A program made the position numbers and the translations under genes. 64,000 nt of DNA, from the IMG/VR virus record IMGVR_UViG_3300031521_000001. The stretch is one strand, 5' to 3'. The notes below the pieces were generated by a model. That model worked only from the letters and a program-made list of their open reading frames with translations. It did no database searches and was not told where the DNA came from. Origin of the DNA: a virus. The stretch's first letter is position 1; every line of letters begins with the position of its first letter. Shown in pieces: positions 10,722-20,556 of the stretch.

Positions 10722-11621
10722 ATGCTACTAACTAAAAAAGTCTATATTAAAGCTATGAACTTCAGATATTATAATTCTATTGGATATAATGTAAAAAATT
10801 CAAAAGAATATTTTTATGCAAATATAGAAGATTTGACAAATGGTTCTCATACTATTGTTGATGTCAGTTGTGATTATTGTGGAGACGTTTTAAGTGTGCC
10901 ATATAAGAGATATATAAAATATACTAATGTCTGTGATAAATACTCTTGCTCAAAAAAAGAGTGCACAAATCAAAAAATTAAAGATGTTTGTCTAATAAAA
11001 TATAATGTGGAAAATCCATTTCAAGCAGATTTTGTTAAAGAAAAATCTAAAAAAACATTAATTAAAAATTATGGAGTTTCACATCAAATGTATTCCCAAG
11101 AAGTTAAAGATAAAATTAAAAAAACTTGCTTAATTAGATATGGAGTTGATAATCCTAATAGATTAGTTGTTCAGAATAATAGAAAAAAAACTTGTGTGAT
11201 TAAATTTGGAGTTGAACATGATTCTAAATTGCCATCACAACAATTAAAGAGAAAAAATACAAGAATTAAAAAAGGTAATCAAATTCCTGATAATATGTTA
11301 GAACCTTATATTTTATATAGAAAACAAGTAGATAATATGTCTACTATATTAAAAGTGGAATTATTAAATAATTGGAATGGCTATGACTACTATGATAATG
11401 AATATATTAAAGATAATTTTAATTTAAAATCAAGTCATAAGAATTACCCAACAATGGATCATAAAACAAGTTGTTATTACGGATATTTGAATAATATTCC
11501 TGTGAGTGAAATTGCGTCATTGAATAATTTGTGCATGACAAAAAATAAATTGAATGCTCAGAAACGTGATAAGAATGAATGCGAGTATAAAAACAAATTA
11601 AAAAAAGACAAATCTATATAA
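10722..11621 (+). CDS. putative homing endonuclease with KYGV-type repeats and HNH-like C-terminus
   Basis: CDYCG knuckle, repeats of KKT(C/L)..(K/R/N)YGV, PTMDHK...NLCMT..LNAQK; inserted antisense into an operon. Confidence 0.65.
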   Translation: MLLTKKVYIKAMNFRYYNSIGYNVKNSKEYFYANIEDLTNGSHTIVDVSCDYCGDVLSVPYKRYIKYTNVCDKYSCSKKECTNQKIKDVCLIKYNVENPFQADFVKEKSKKTLIKNYGVSHQMYSQEVKDKIKKTCLIRYGVDNPNRLVVQNNRKKTCVIKFGVEHDSKLPSQQLKRKNTRIKKGNQIPDNMLEPYILYRKQVDNMSTILKVELLNNWNGYDYYDNEYIKDNFNLKSSHKNYPTMDHKTSCYYGYLNNIPVSEIASLNNLCMTKNKLNAQKRDKNECEYKNKLKKDKSI

Positions 11622-11655
11622 ATTTGTCTTTTTTAATTTAATTGTTTTTTAATTA

Positions 11656-13317
11656 TTAATCCTGTTTACCAATATTTACAATCTGTTTTACTTTTCCATT
11701 ATCGAATGATATAGGACATTTTTCTGCTGTTGATAATATTAACGTCCTAGTTTTTACCTTACGAAAATCAAGTGAGTCTGTATAACCATCAGTTAAAATT
11801 ACTGTATTAAATGCACTTAGTTTGTTTTTAGGATCTGAAATATAGTCAATTCCTGGAGTAAGGGTAGTCCCTCCAAGCCCCGATATCTTCATTTTTTCAA
11901 TTTCTTTTTTATCTTTAATGTGAAGAACCTTTTGAATTTGAGCATCACACTGAATTAAATTTATTTGAATGTCATTCTGAAAGATATAAGAAAGAACTTT
12001 TTCAAATTCTCCTCCCATTGATCCAGATGTATCAAGAAGAACATTAATTTCGTTCTTGAATTTCTTGTGTCCCTTCATTCCTGGTATGCCTTTACGATTA
12101 GGACGTACAATTGTTTTTTCTTTTTTTGAACCAAACACTTGACTACTCATAGCTCTCTTAATTTCTTTCAAATAATCTTTTTTAGATTTTCTAAGTTTAT
12201 TAAGAATTGCATCTACATCACCAGACTCCAATCCACGATTTTTAAGTCTTGTCATGATACCTTCAACTATTTCTCTTTTCAGTTCTTGTGGTATATCATC
12301 TCCTAAGTGTGCATCAAGAGTATTTTGTTCTTGGCGTTCTTCACCTTCAAAGATTGTTTCAAGAGAATAACATTCAGCATCATTCTTACCATATTTACCA
12401 TATCTATCTTTTCCAGATGTATCAGATTTACCTTGACGAGATTGATTATTGTTGTGTTCATGTCCACAATTTGGACATTTTTTACCATTTCCTTCACCAT
12501 CTCCATCTTGACCTTCTTCATCTGATGATCCTCCTTTACCACTACCTTTACCACTACCTTTACCTTCTCCTTGTCCTTCACCTTGTCCTTCACCTTGTCC
12601 TTCACCTTCAGAACCTTCACCTTTACCTTTTTTGTCCTTATCTGATTTTTCTCCTTTTCCTTCACCATCTTGATTACCATCTTCATTTTTTTGCTCTCCA
12701 TCATCTTTTGGTGTCATAGATGAACCACATTTAGGACATTTATTGGCTTGATCCTGCATTTTTTTGATTTTGTCCTTATTTTTTTCTTGCCATTGTCTTT
12801 TTTCATTAACATACCATTCATACAAATCTTCAAATATTTGCTCTCCTTTGTAATCTTTCGGTACCATAAGAGCACTATTATTTCCTAATTCATCTTTTGG
12901 TATGCCAATGAAAGGCTTCGAACCTGTACCAAGTCCTTGTTTTTTCATTATTTCATCATATATGATTTGGTTGATAATCATATCTTGTACAACATTCGCA
13001 TCTTTCAAATTGTAACCAACACTTCTTTTGATGTGATCAAAAAGAATGTGAAATTCCTCATGAATTAAAAGAAAGTTGATTTCTGGTTGTGGTAATGACT
13101 CAATGAATTTTCTATCCCAATAAAAATTCATACCAGAAGATGTGACATTCACACCTGCAGTAGGAATATAAGGATTGTTTTTACTTTCAAAGAAATTAAT
13201 GAACAATGCAAATTCACCATAATATGGTAAATTACCAGTTGCCATCATAGCTACGACTGCTTCTGTGAGCTTTTCGTGCATTTGATCAGGAATTACGAAT
13301 TTATAAAAATCTGTCAT
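11656..13317 (-). CDS. metallopeptidase-like plus VWA domain protein (MoxR partner)
   Basis: PTAGV, HEEFH zinc motif, ANVVQDMIIN, MIDAS DTSGS, GGT, ILTDGY; G/E/K linker flanked by two CPxCG. Confidence 0.85.
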   Translation of the reverse strand: MTDFYKFVIPDQMHEKLTEAVVAMMATGNLPYYGEFALFINFFESKNNPYIPTAGVNVTSSGMNFYWDRKFIESLPQPEINFLLIHEEFHILFDHIKRSVGYNLKDANVVQDMIINQIIYDEIMKKQGLGTGSKPFIGIPKDELGNNSALMVPKDYKGEQIFEDLYEWYVNEKRQWQEKNKDKIKKMQDQANKCPKCGSSMTPKDDGEQKNEDGNQDGEGKGEKSDKDKKGKGEGSEGEGQGEGQGEGQGEGKGSGKGSGKGGSSDEEGQDGDGEGNGKKCPNCGHEHNNNQSRQGKSDTSGKDRYGKYGKNDAECYSLETIFEGEERQEQNTLDAHLGDDIPQELKREIVEGIMTRLKNRGLESGDVDAILNKLRKSKKDYLKEIKRAMSSQVFGSKKEKTIVRPNRKGIPGMKGHKKFKNEINVLLDTSGSMGGEFEKVLSYIFQNDIQINLIQCDAQIQKVLHIKDKKEIEKMKISGLGGTTLTPGIDYISDPKNKLSAFNTVILTDGYTDSLDFRKVKTRTLILSTAEKCPISFDNGKVKQIVNIGKQD

Positions 13318-13373
13318 ATTTTGTTGTTTTTATTTATTTGATTTACAAAAGTAATACTTTTTTTTCTAATAAC

Positions 13374-13667
13374 CTATTCTTTTCCTCTATTTTTTAAAAA
13401 AAGTAAGAAAAAAACTATAAAAATGAATAGAGGAACAAATGCAAAAGAATTTGCTTTTATAGTTTTCTTTAAACCATACACACGAACCTCTTCTACTATA
13501 ATAGAAACTCCTTTTTTTCCAACATCAATTGTTTCTCCTATAAGTTTTTTCTGCTCATTTATGTCTTTAACTACTTGTTTTGCTTCAAGTTCTTTTTCCT
13601 CTGATGACACATTAGAATAAGAAAACAACGGAATTAATAAAACTAAAATAATTAATATTTTTTTCAT
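13374..13667 (-). CDS. membrane protein with signal peptide
   Basis: N-terminal signal-like segment and C-terminal TM helix. Confidence 0.65.
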   Translation of the reverse strand: MKKILIILVLLIPLFSYSNVSSEEKELEAKQVVKDINEQKKLIGETIDVGKKGVSIIVEEVRVYGLKKTIKANSFAFVPLFIFIVFFLLFLKNRGKE

Positions 13668-13678
13668 ATTGAAGATAT

Positions 13679-13945
13679 TTATTTATTGTGAGTTTCTGTG
13701 TTTGAACAATTTTTATTGTAACCTATTTTACAATTTTGACAACCATGTTTTTGTGTGTTATAATACACACACTTTGAATACCCATTTTCACATCCTATGA
13801 TTTTTATTATTATGTGCATCTCAGCATCTAATTCATTTTTGAAATGCTCAATATTGTTTTGAGTTTCTACATTCCAATTAGATGTAAATCCACTTTTAAA
13901 CTTTATATAATCACCATTGGTTTCATAACCTGATTTTGTTTTCAT
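13679..13945 (-). CDS. hypothetical Cys-rich protein
   Basis: 88-aa ORF within the operon. Confidence 0.55.
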   Translation of the reverse strand: MKTKSGYETNGDYIKFKSGFTSNWNVETQNNIEHFKNELDAEMHIIIKIIGCENGYSKCVYYNTQKHGCQNCKIGYNKNCSNTETHNK

Positions 13946-13946
13946 G

Positions 13947-14675
13947 TTAATATGTATGAATTTGTTTTTTTGCTTTCCAATACATCATTATTAAATAGCC
14001 TCCTATTAATCCTCCTAAGTGACCAAAATGAGCAATTCCAAATCCTATATTTGGATTTATTAATGATAATATACCAAATATCAATGAGAATGCTGCAAAT
14101 CCATACACAAAATTCTTTATTTTTATTGGAATAACAAAAAATAATAGAATTGATGATTCTGGTGCTAAAAATAAAAGTGCAGCAATTACCCCACTAATTG
14201 CTCCTGATGCTCCTACAGCAGGAGATGGACTAATGAGCATACACAATACGCTTGATGCAATTCCACTTATGAAATATAATAGTAAGAATTTATTACTGTT
14301 GATTGATTTGTCTATAAAATTTCCAGCAAACCATAACGCAAGCATATTACCAAGTAAATGCATAAAACTACCATGAAGAAACATTGATGTTATAATTTGA
14401 TATGGCTGAAAATTAGGATCAGATATATTATAAATAGCTCCGCTATCAATTAATGATGGCATAAAATAACTAATTATGAATATAATAGTATTTAAAATTA
14501 TTAGATACTTTACAGCATCAGTAGAATAACCAATTGACGTGAATTTGTATGCTGTTTCTTTTCTCTTTTGTGTTTTTTTGGTTTTTATTTTATAGTCTCT
14601 GAATTCTTGGGTATCAAGAAGTTCTCTAATTGATTTCATTTTTTCTGAAATTCCATTTCCATTTGTATTTCTCAT
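13947..14675 (-). CDS. rhomboid family intramembrane serine protease
   Basis: ITSMFLHGSFMHLLGNM, catalytic GASG, AHFGHLGG; start moved to ATG 14675 because the track start lies in the promoter element. Confidence 0.9.
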   Translation of the reverse strand: MRNTNGNGISEKMKSIRELLDTQEFRDYKIKTKKTQKRKETAYKFTSIGYSTDAVKYLIILNTIIFIISYFMPSLIDSGAIYNISDPNFQPYQIITSMFLHGSFMHLLGNMLALWFAGNFIDKSINSNKFLLLYFISGIASSVLCMLISPSPAVGASGAISGVIAALLFLAPESSILLFFVIPIKIKNFVYGFAAFSLIFGILSLINPNIGFGIAHFGHLGGLIGGYLIMMYWKAKKQIHTY

Positions 14676-14797
14676 AATTTTAAAATTTATATTTAAATTG
14701 AGATACAAAGATACTATGTTTATTTCAATAATTGATTATAAATATGATATATTTATAATTATAAATTGATATATTATTCAACTTCCTGATTATTAGA

Positions 14798-15058
14798 TTA
14801 GTCTTCTCTGTCTAATTTTGTGGAAAATTTGTACATTTTGCTTATTTCTACGTGAGCTTTTATTTCTGTCCATCTTTTTCGTAGAATTTTTGTGTCATTG
14901 TCTATGTGATGATCCATCACCAAATAATCAATCCATAGTTGAACATCAATAAAGTTTTTAAACTGAAGAAATAGGGCATATAAATACCATCTATTTCTCC
15001 ATAATTTTATATACCAATTTGATGATTCATAAGAAATTATCTTATTTTTCTCCTTCAT
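14798..15058 (-). CDS. hypothetical protein
   Basis: 86 aa, overlaps the end of the sigma gene. Confidence 0.6.
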   Translation of the reverse strand: MKEKNKIISYESSNWYIKLWRNRWYLYALFLQFKNFIDVQLWIDYLVMDHHIDNDTKILRKRWTEIKAHVEISKMYKFSTKLDRED

Positions 15059-15668
15059 TGTAATCTATATCTTTGAATTTTTTTTCTACTTTTTTCCTGA
15101 TTATTGTTCTTCCTTTTTTAATCTGAGATTTTATTGTAGATAGATTTATGTTCAATTCATCTGAAATTTCTTTATATTGCATTCCTTCAATTTCTCTCAT
15201 TATAAGAACTTTCTTATATTTAGAATCTTTTTCCGGTAAATTGTATATTGCATCTTTTATAATAGTTGCTTTTTTTACAAAAATATTATATTCCTCAGTT
15301 GGTTTTTTACTGTCATCATATGCTATGATATTAGATAAGCTAAAATTTATTGCTAAATCTTTATCAATTGAATCTGTCGGTAATCTTTCACTATCTTTGT
15401 GTACTTTTTTGACTATATTTTCTGCTATTTTATATATCCAAGTATTTAATTGTGCACCACCTTCATCTGGCCTTTTGTAAGTTTCTATATTCAACAATGC
15501 TTGAATGAATGCATCTTCTACATGATCTTCTGCGATACCAGAGTCTTTAGTATATTTTGCGATATACCATATTAATTTAGGTTTGTGATTTTTATAAAAT
15601 TCTTGAAAATTTATACCTGTGCGAGTTTCGAACTGTGCTTCGAGTTCATTATTTTTAGTTGATATCAT
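15042..15668 (-). CDS. ECF-type RNA polymerase sigma factor
   Basis: Region 2 AEDHVEDAFIQA..TWIYKIAEN; region 4 LIMREIEGMQYKEISDELNINLSTIKSQIKKGR. Confidence 0.85.
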   Translation of the reverse strand: MISTKNNELEAQFETRTGINFQEFYKNHKPKLIWYIAKYTKDSGIAEDHVEDAFIQALLNIETYKRPDEGGAQLNTWIYKIAENIVKKVHKDSERLPTDSIDKDLAINFSLSNIIAYDDSKKPTEEYNIFVKKATIIKDAIYNLPEKDSKYKKVLIMREIEGMQYKEISDELNINLSTIKSQIKKGRTIIRKKVEKKFKDIDYNEGEK

Positions 15669-16092
15669 AAAGTTTATGTTTGATTTATTGTATTAAAAAT
15701 GTATTCATTTGTTTTAAAAAATACATTTATTTAACTATTTTTTTGATAATATATAATTCTATCATACAGACTAACATAAGTCTTACTATATTAAATAGTT
15801 ATGATTGAGTTGAGAAATTAATTCATTTATGACACATATTAATTTATGTGCTGATAATTTTAATTTGTTCAACATTAGAATATTATATAATTTATACTGT
15901 ACTGATAATTTTTTATAATCAGATTTTAAATATTATAATTTATTTAGTCTTATTTTTTTAGTTTTGTATGATTTGTTTAATTGTTAATATTAATTTAGTT
16001 AATTATCTCATTTCTTATATTAATAACTACTATGAATTTCATCTTTTTTTAATGTGTTATTTTTCAGCTCACGTTTCATAGTCAAATTATAT

Positions 16093-16614
16093 CTAAGATT
16101 CTGTTATGCTTATTATGTTATTTAATTTGTTTTTTCTTATTGTTTTTATATTTTCTTCAAACTTAAATTCGTAAATAGGTATGTGCTTATCAGTAAAATG
16201 TTCATATTCAACATCAACATACACAATATCTTCCGATTTTACTATTTTACCTTTTTTCCTATGTGATAATAATACAACAACATCACCAACATTAGGCTTG
16301 TATAATATTCTATTTTTTTCAAAGAAATTAAAAGGATTGAAATAATTTATGAATTTAATAAATTCATCATCCGTTACTTTTATGCATTTTTTATATTCAA
16401 AATTGCTTATGCTATTTCCTTTTAATATTTTTTTAAAAAATACCCCTAAAATATCATATATATTAATTACCATATCACCTGTAAATATTGGTATGTTATA
16501 TTTATCATAACCAACTAAATAAGATTCTGACTCAGTTGATGTATATTTCATATTTCTATCTGTGTATGTTTTCATTCTTATTTTATTTATTGAACTTGTT
16601 GTTATACAAGCCAT
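16093..16614 (-). CDS. hypothetical protein with C-terminal RKNKL motif
   Basis: 173 aa, ends TIRKNKLNNII. Confidence 0.65.
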   Translation of the reverse strand: MACITTSSINKIRMKTYTDRNMKYTSTESESYLVGYDKYNIPIFTGDMVINIYDILGVFFKKILKGNSISNFEYKKCIKVTDDEFIKFINYFNPFNFFEKNRILYKPNVGDVVVLLSHRKKGKIVKSEDIVYVDVEYEHFTDKHIPIYEFKFEENIKTIRKNKLNNIISITES

Positions 16615-16783
16615 ATGTTTTTTATTGTTTGTTTATATAAAGGTAGTAAAAAAATTGAATAAAACAAATTTTATCATCATTTATTTTGCATCTTTTCCTG
16701 CTATTTTTCAATTAATCTATTTAATATATATTGTAAGTGAAAAAGTAAAATATCACCAATTAGTATTTTTTTTTATAAAAATA

Positions 16784-16793
16784 TTTAATATAT
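16784..16793 (+). promoter_or_regulatory. putative late promoter motif TAATATATA / TTATATATA
   Basis: Recurs 5-60 nt upstream of structural and tagged genes (about 16785, 25042, 26843, 28082, 31678, 45123, 56140). Confidence 0.55.
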
Positions 16794-16815
16794 ACATAAA
16801 AATAATTTTTAAATT

Positions 16816-19800
16816 ATGCCAATAAAAGACGCAGATTTCGGAAAATACAAAAGACCAGGTATTTTCTTTCAGGAAATAGATCAAAGTATTGTTCAACTTC
16901 CAGTGCAAAATGTTTTAATTAATTTAGTTCCTGGATTTTCAAAAAAAGGTCCATTTAATACTCCTATTTATGTTACAAATCCATCTGATTTTAGTACAAT
17001 ATTTGGAGATGATGATAGAAGATTAGAAAATAAAGGTTCTTTTTTTCACAAAACAGTTAAACAAATGCTTAAAAGTGGTCCAGTTTGGGCTTTGAACCTT
17101 TTAGCAACAGATCCAAATAGAGATAAAGTGGATTTGCAATCTATAGGTGTTTCAGCAAGCATCAATTCTCAAAATGGTGCAGTTGTTAGATCTGCATATG
17201 AGTCATTTTATAATAGACAAGATTTCTGGGAAAGAGATACAGATTCTTTTTTGAATGTAGTAAAAGCAAATAATTTTGGTGTTCAAGATACTGATAGATT
17301 GTTTCACATCACAAATATGAGTGATACTGTAATAACAGTATTTATGTTTAAATCATCTGTTTCTGGCTTTGACGTTACTGCTGAAGCATGGTATGGTGAT
17401 AGAACAAAGGTGCCAGCTTATCTCGATTATAGAGATTGGATATCAGATTACTTGGTGTCTGTTGTTGTTGTTGCAGGTGATTGGTCAGATTACAAAACAT
17501 TGTCTAATGATACCACATTTAGCAAATATTTTAATAGAAATGGTTTAATTAAAACTAAAATTTCATCATTCCTTAATGAAGGTACTGTATCTATTCTTGC
17601 TAGTTATGATTGCTCATTAATTCCATATTTTAAAGATTTGAACAATAGAGATATGTATATTAAAAATATTATAAATAATGACACAGATAAAACTGGATTG
17701 TTCTGTGCATATAACGAAGATGTTCTACTAGAGGCTGATTTTAGAGTGAGTAGTCTTGATATTATAGGTGGTACAATTGTCAATGAAGATGTGAATAATG
17801 TTAATTTTATGTCATATAATACAACTCTAAATGAACAAATAAAATATTCTCAAAAATATTTAGATTCTACTAATAATGTTATTACTAATAATTTAGATAG
17901 TTATAATACAGATTTTATTTCAGACGGAGTTGATGTTAGATCAGGCGCTTATGTAAATGGTAATATATTTGGTGTTACATGTAATACAACATCAATAACA
18001 GGAACAACAGGAGGAACATTATCTACTAGTTTTACATTCAGTCCTAATGCATATTATGTAATAGGCGGCTCAATGATAACAGGAGGAACTTTTGTAGTTA
18101 ATCATTCATCTAATGTACCATATCAATATGGTTCTAGATATGATGTTCTTTATCTTACTAATGATAATACCATTAATGTATTAGAAGGAGTTGCATCACC
18201 TTCAGTGACTGGTGCAATTTTACCTGATTATTTATTTAGCTTAACAAATACTATAATTGTTGGATATGTAAGAATAGTAAATTCTGGTTCAACAGCAACA
18301 TTAACATATAATCCAATATCTATTGATTCTAGTGGATATATTGCAGTTGGAACTGTATCAGGTTATAAAACTGTTATAAGTGACGGTTTCGATACTCAAG
18401 CTTATATGAATATAGAATTTGAAGGTACATCTGGGCAAACAGGAATTTATAATAATTATAATTATATTAGAGAATCACAAGCATTTTATGAAATTTATGA
18501 AAATGTTAATACAAAAAGTGTTTTAATTCAACAAAACGTTGGCGATTTTATTGCTGGATTTAAAGACTCAGTATCATCAGTTTCTGCTACAGAAGCAACA
18601 TCAAATCACAATGCAAATATTAAAATATATATTAATAGTAATGAACCTAGTAAATGTCATGATGGTAATGTATTCTTAATGTATTATACTGATGATGAAT
18701 TTTTGTTACATGATAAAATTGTTGATACAACAACATTAATAACAAGATATGATGTTCTTGGTACATCAGGACAAACAGGAATTGTGTCACAATATTCTAA
18801 AATGTATTTGGATTATTATAATGGTGTTATTAATAATTATGATTATTTTTATGTTAATAATAATAGCGGATCAACCAAAATATACTTAGAAATGTTTATT
18901 GATCAAAATAATATATTAACAGTTAATTTCTTATCATCAATTAATCCATCTACATCATATTCTGTTTCCAATGCAAACTGGGTAAATGTTAATGAATATA
19001 ATAATAGTTTAAATATATTTTCTAATAGAAGTAATTGGAAACAATCTGTTGAAATTTTAAAAACTGATGTTGATGATCTTACAATTTGCCAACAAATTTA
19101 TATTGACAAAAATAGATATTCTGAAATAACAATAGGTAGTTTCTTAACAGCATATTATGATGAATCATATTGGGCAGCACCTAATGGTGAAGGCTATTTA
19201 GAAGGATCTGTTCCTAGAAAATTGACCAGAATTATTAATGTTAAAAATGATCCAACAAATGTTGATAGAAAAATAATTTATACTGATGCACCTATTAAAA
19301 TTGATACATTTAATTTAAGTGGACAAACACAATCTTTACAAACATTTAGTTATTCTGAAATTGATGTGTATGTTGATGAGTATAAAGCTTTAGTTTTATC
19401 TTCATTTAAAGTACATGCAGATTCTATTCCTAATGGTACTGATGCAAGACAAAATTCAATACTTGATATTGTAGATATGAATACTAATCTTGGAAAAGCA
19501 TTAGCAGATAAGAATAAAATTTCATGGAGATACCTTGTTGATTCATTTGGATTAGGACTTACTCCAGTTAATGGACTTGGTTCAAAACAACAACTTGTTG
19601 ACCTTTGTGGATTGAAACTTAACTGTTTAGGTTTTATTAGTATGCCAAGTGCTAAAATATTTAGAGAATCAAATAATCCATCATTTGTGAATGCTGATTA
19701 TACACTAAATTTAGAATTTGTGAAGGCAGGAGCTGATGATAGTAAAAATCCAGATTATTATTATCAATTTGCTCAACCAAATCAAGGAATTGACGGTAGA

Positions 19801-20445
19801 AGTTGTGTTGGATATTTCTTTCCATATATTAGAATATATGATAATGGTATACCAAAATGGGTCCCACCAGCAGCTTATGCAGCTACAACTTATATGCAGA
19901 AATTTACATCTAATGTTGCAGGTATGACTCCTTGGACAATATGTGCAGGAATAACAAATGGTAGAGTTCAAACCATCACTAAAACTGAAATGGACTTTAA
20001 TAATACAGATCTTGAATCTTTACATGGAATGAATGCAAATCCAATTGTTTATAAATTGAATAACGGATATTGTATCAATGATGAAACATCAGCACAAGTA
20101 TTTCCATATTCATCTCTTAGCTTCTTACATTCAAGAGAAGTTCTTATCGAACTTGAAAATAGAATGTATGATATGTTATTAGGATATCAATGGCAATTTA
20201 ATACTGCAGAAATTAGAGCAGAAATTAAATATAGAGCTGATAAAATTTGTAAAGATATGCTAGATAATGATGCATTGTATGATTTCTGGAATGTTTGTGA
20301 TGAAAGTAATAATAATGATTATGTTATTGATTTACAGATGGGTGTAATTGACACATATGTAGAATTGATAAAAGGAATGGGAATTATTGTTAATAATATT
20401 ACAATAATGAAGAAAGGTGATATAAAATCAATGGGATTTCATTAA
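16816..20445 (+). CDS. contractile tail sheath protein (large, with inserted domains)
   Basis: KRPGIFFQEID, GFSKKGPFNTP, C-terminal VPPAAY, PW..AG..NG, SSLSFLHSREVL, FNTAEIR, VCDESNN. Confidence 0.9.
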   Translation: MPIKDADFGKYKRPGIFFQEIDQSIVQLPVQNVLINLVPGFSKKGPFNTPIYVTNPSDFSTIFGDDDRRLENKGSFFHKTVKQMLKSGPVWALNLLATDPNRDKVDLQSIGVSASINSQNGAVVRSAYESFYNRQDFWERDTDSFLNVVKANNFGVQDTDRLFHITNMSDTVITVFMFKSSVSGFDVTAEAWYGDRTKVPAYLDYRDWISDYLVSVVVVAGDWSDYKTLSNDTTFSKYFNRNGLIKTKISSFLNEGTVSILASYDCSLIPYFKDLNNRDMYIKNIINNDTDKTGLFCAYNEDVLLEADFRVSSLDIIGGTIVNEDVNNVNFMSYNTTLNEQIKYSQKYLDSTNNVITNNLDSYNTDFISDGVDVRSGAYVNGNIFGVTCNTTSITGTTGGTLSTSFTFSPNAYYVIGGSMITGGTFVVNHSSNVPYQYGSRYDVLYLTNDNTINVLEGVASPSVTGAILPDYLFSLTNTIIVGYVRIVNSGSTATLTYNPISIDSSGYIAVGTVSGYKTVISDGFDTQAYMNIEFEGTSGQTGIYNNYNYIRESQAFYEIYENVNTKSVLIQQNVGDFIAGFKDSVSSVSATEATSNHNANIKIYINSNEPSKCHDGNVFLMYYTDDEFLLHDKIVDTTTLITRYDVLGTSGQTGIVSQYSKMYLDYYNGVINNYDYFYVNNNSGSTKIYLEMFIDQNNILTVNFLSSINPSTSYSVSNANWVNVNEYNNSLNIFSNRSNWKQSVEILKTDVDDLTICQQIYIDKNRYSEITIGSFLTAYYDESYWAAPNGEGYLEGSVPRKLTRIINVKNDPTNVDRKIIYTDAPIKIDTFNLSGQTQSLQTFSYSEIDVYVDEYKALVLSSFKVHADSIPNGTDARQNSILDIVDMNTNLGKALADKNKISWRYLVDSFGLGLTPVNGLGSKQQLVDLCGLKLNCLGFISMPSAKIFRESNNPSFVNADYTLNLEFVKAGADDSKNPDYYYQFAQPNQGIDGRSCVGYFFPYIRIYDNGIPKWVPPAAYAATTYMQKFTSNVAGMTPWTICAGITNGRVQTITKTEMDFNNTDLESLHGMNANPIVYKLNNGYCINDETSAQVFPYSSLSFLHSREVLIELENRMYDMLLGYQWQFNTAEIRAEIKYRADKICKDMLDNDALYDFWNVCDESNNNDYVIDLQMGVIDTYVELIKGMGIIVNNITIMKKGDIKSMGFH

Positions 20446-20453
20446 TCAAATAT

Positions 20454-20493
20454 AATAAATAAAAAAAAAGAGAAATAATTTAATTATTTCTCT
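20454..20493 (+). terminator. intrinsic terminator, copy 1 of a 40-bp direct repeat
   Basis: AAAGAGAAATAATT-T-AATTATTTCTCTTT hairpin plus T-run after the sheath gene. Confidence 0.75.
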
Positions 20494-20556
20494 TTTTTTT
20501 ATAAACTTTATATTAAAAAATTTATTATTAGAGTAATAAAAACATACGTAGAGTTT

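Noticed and set aside
12288-12719. Alternative-frame and antisense ORFs over low-complexity coding regions (also 4224-4472, 30505-31549, 31851-32888, 45970-46333)
   Set aside because: Shadows of repetitive or biased codons in real genes, with no independent protein features.
15669-16092. AT-rich 420-bp gap as an origin or ncRNA
   Set aside because: No iterons, strong hairpins or convincing ORF, so nothing supports a specific call.
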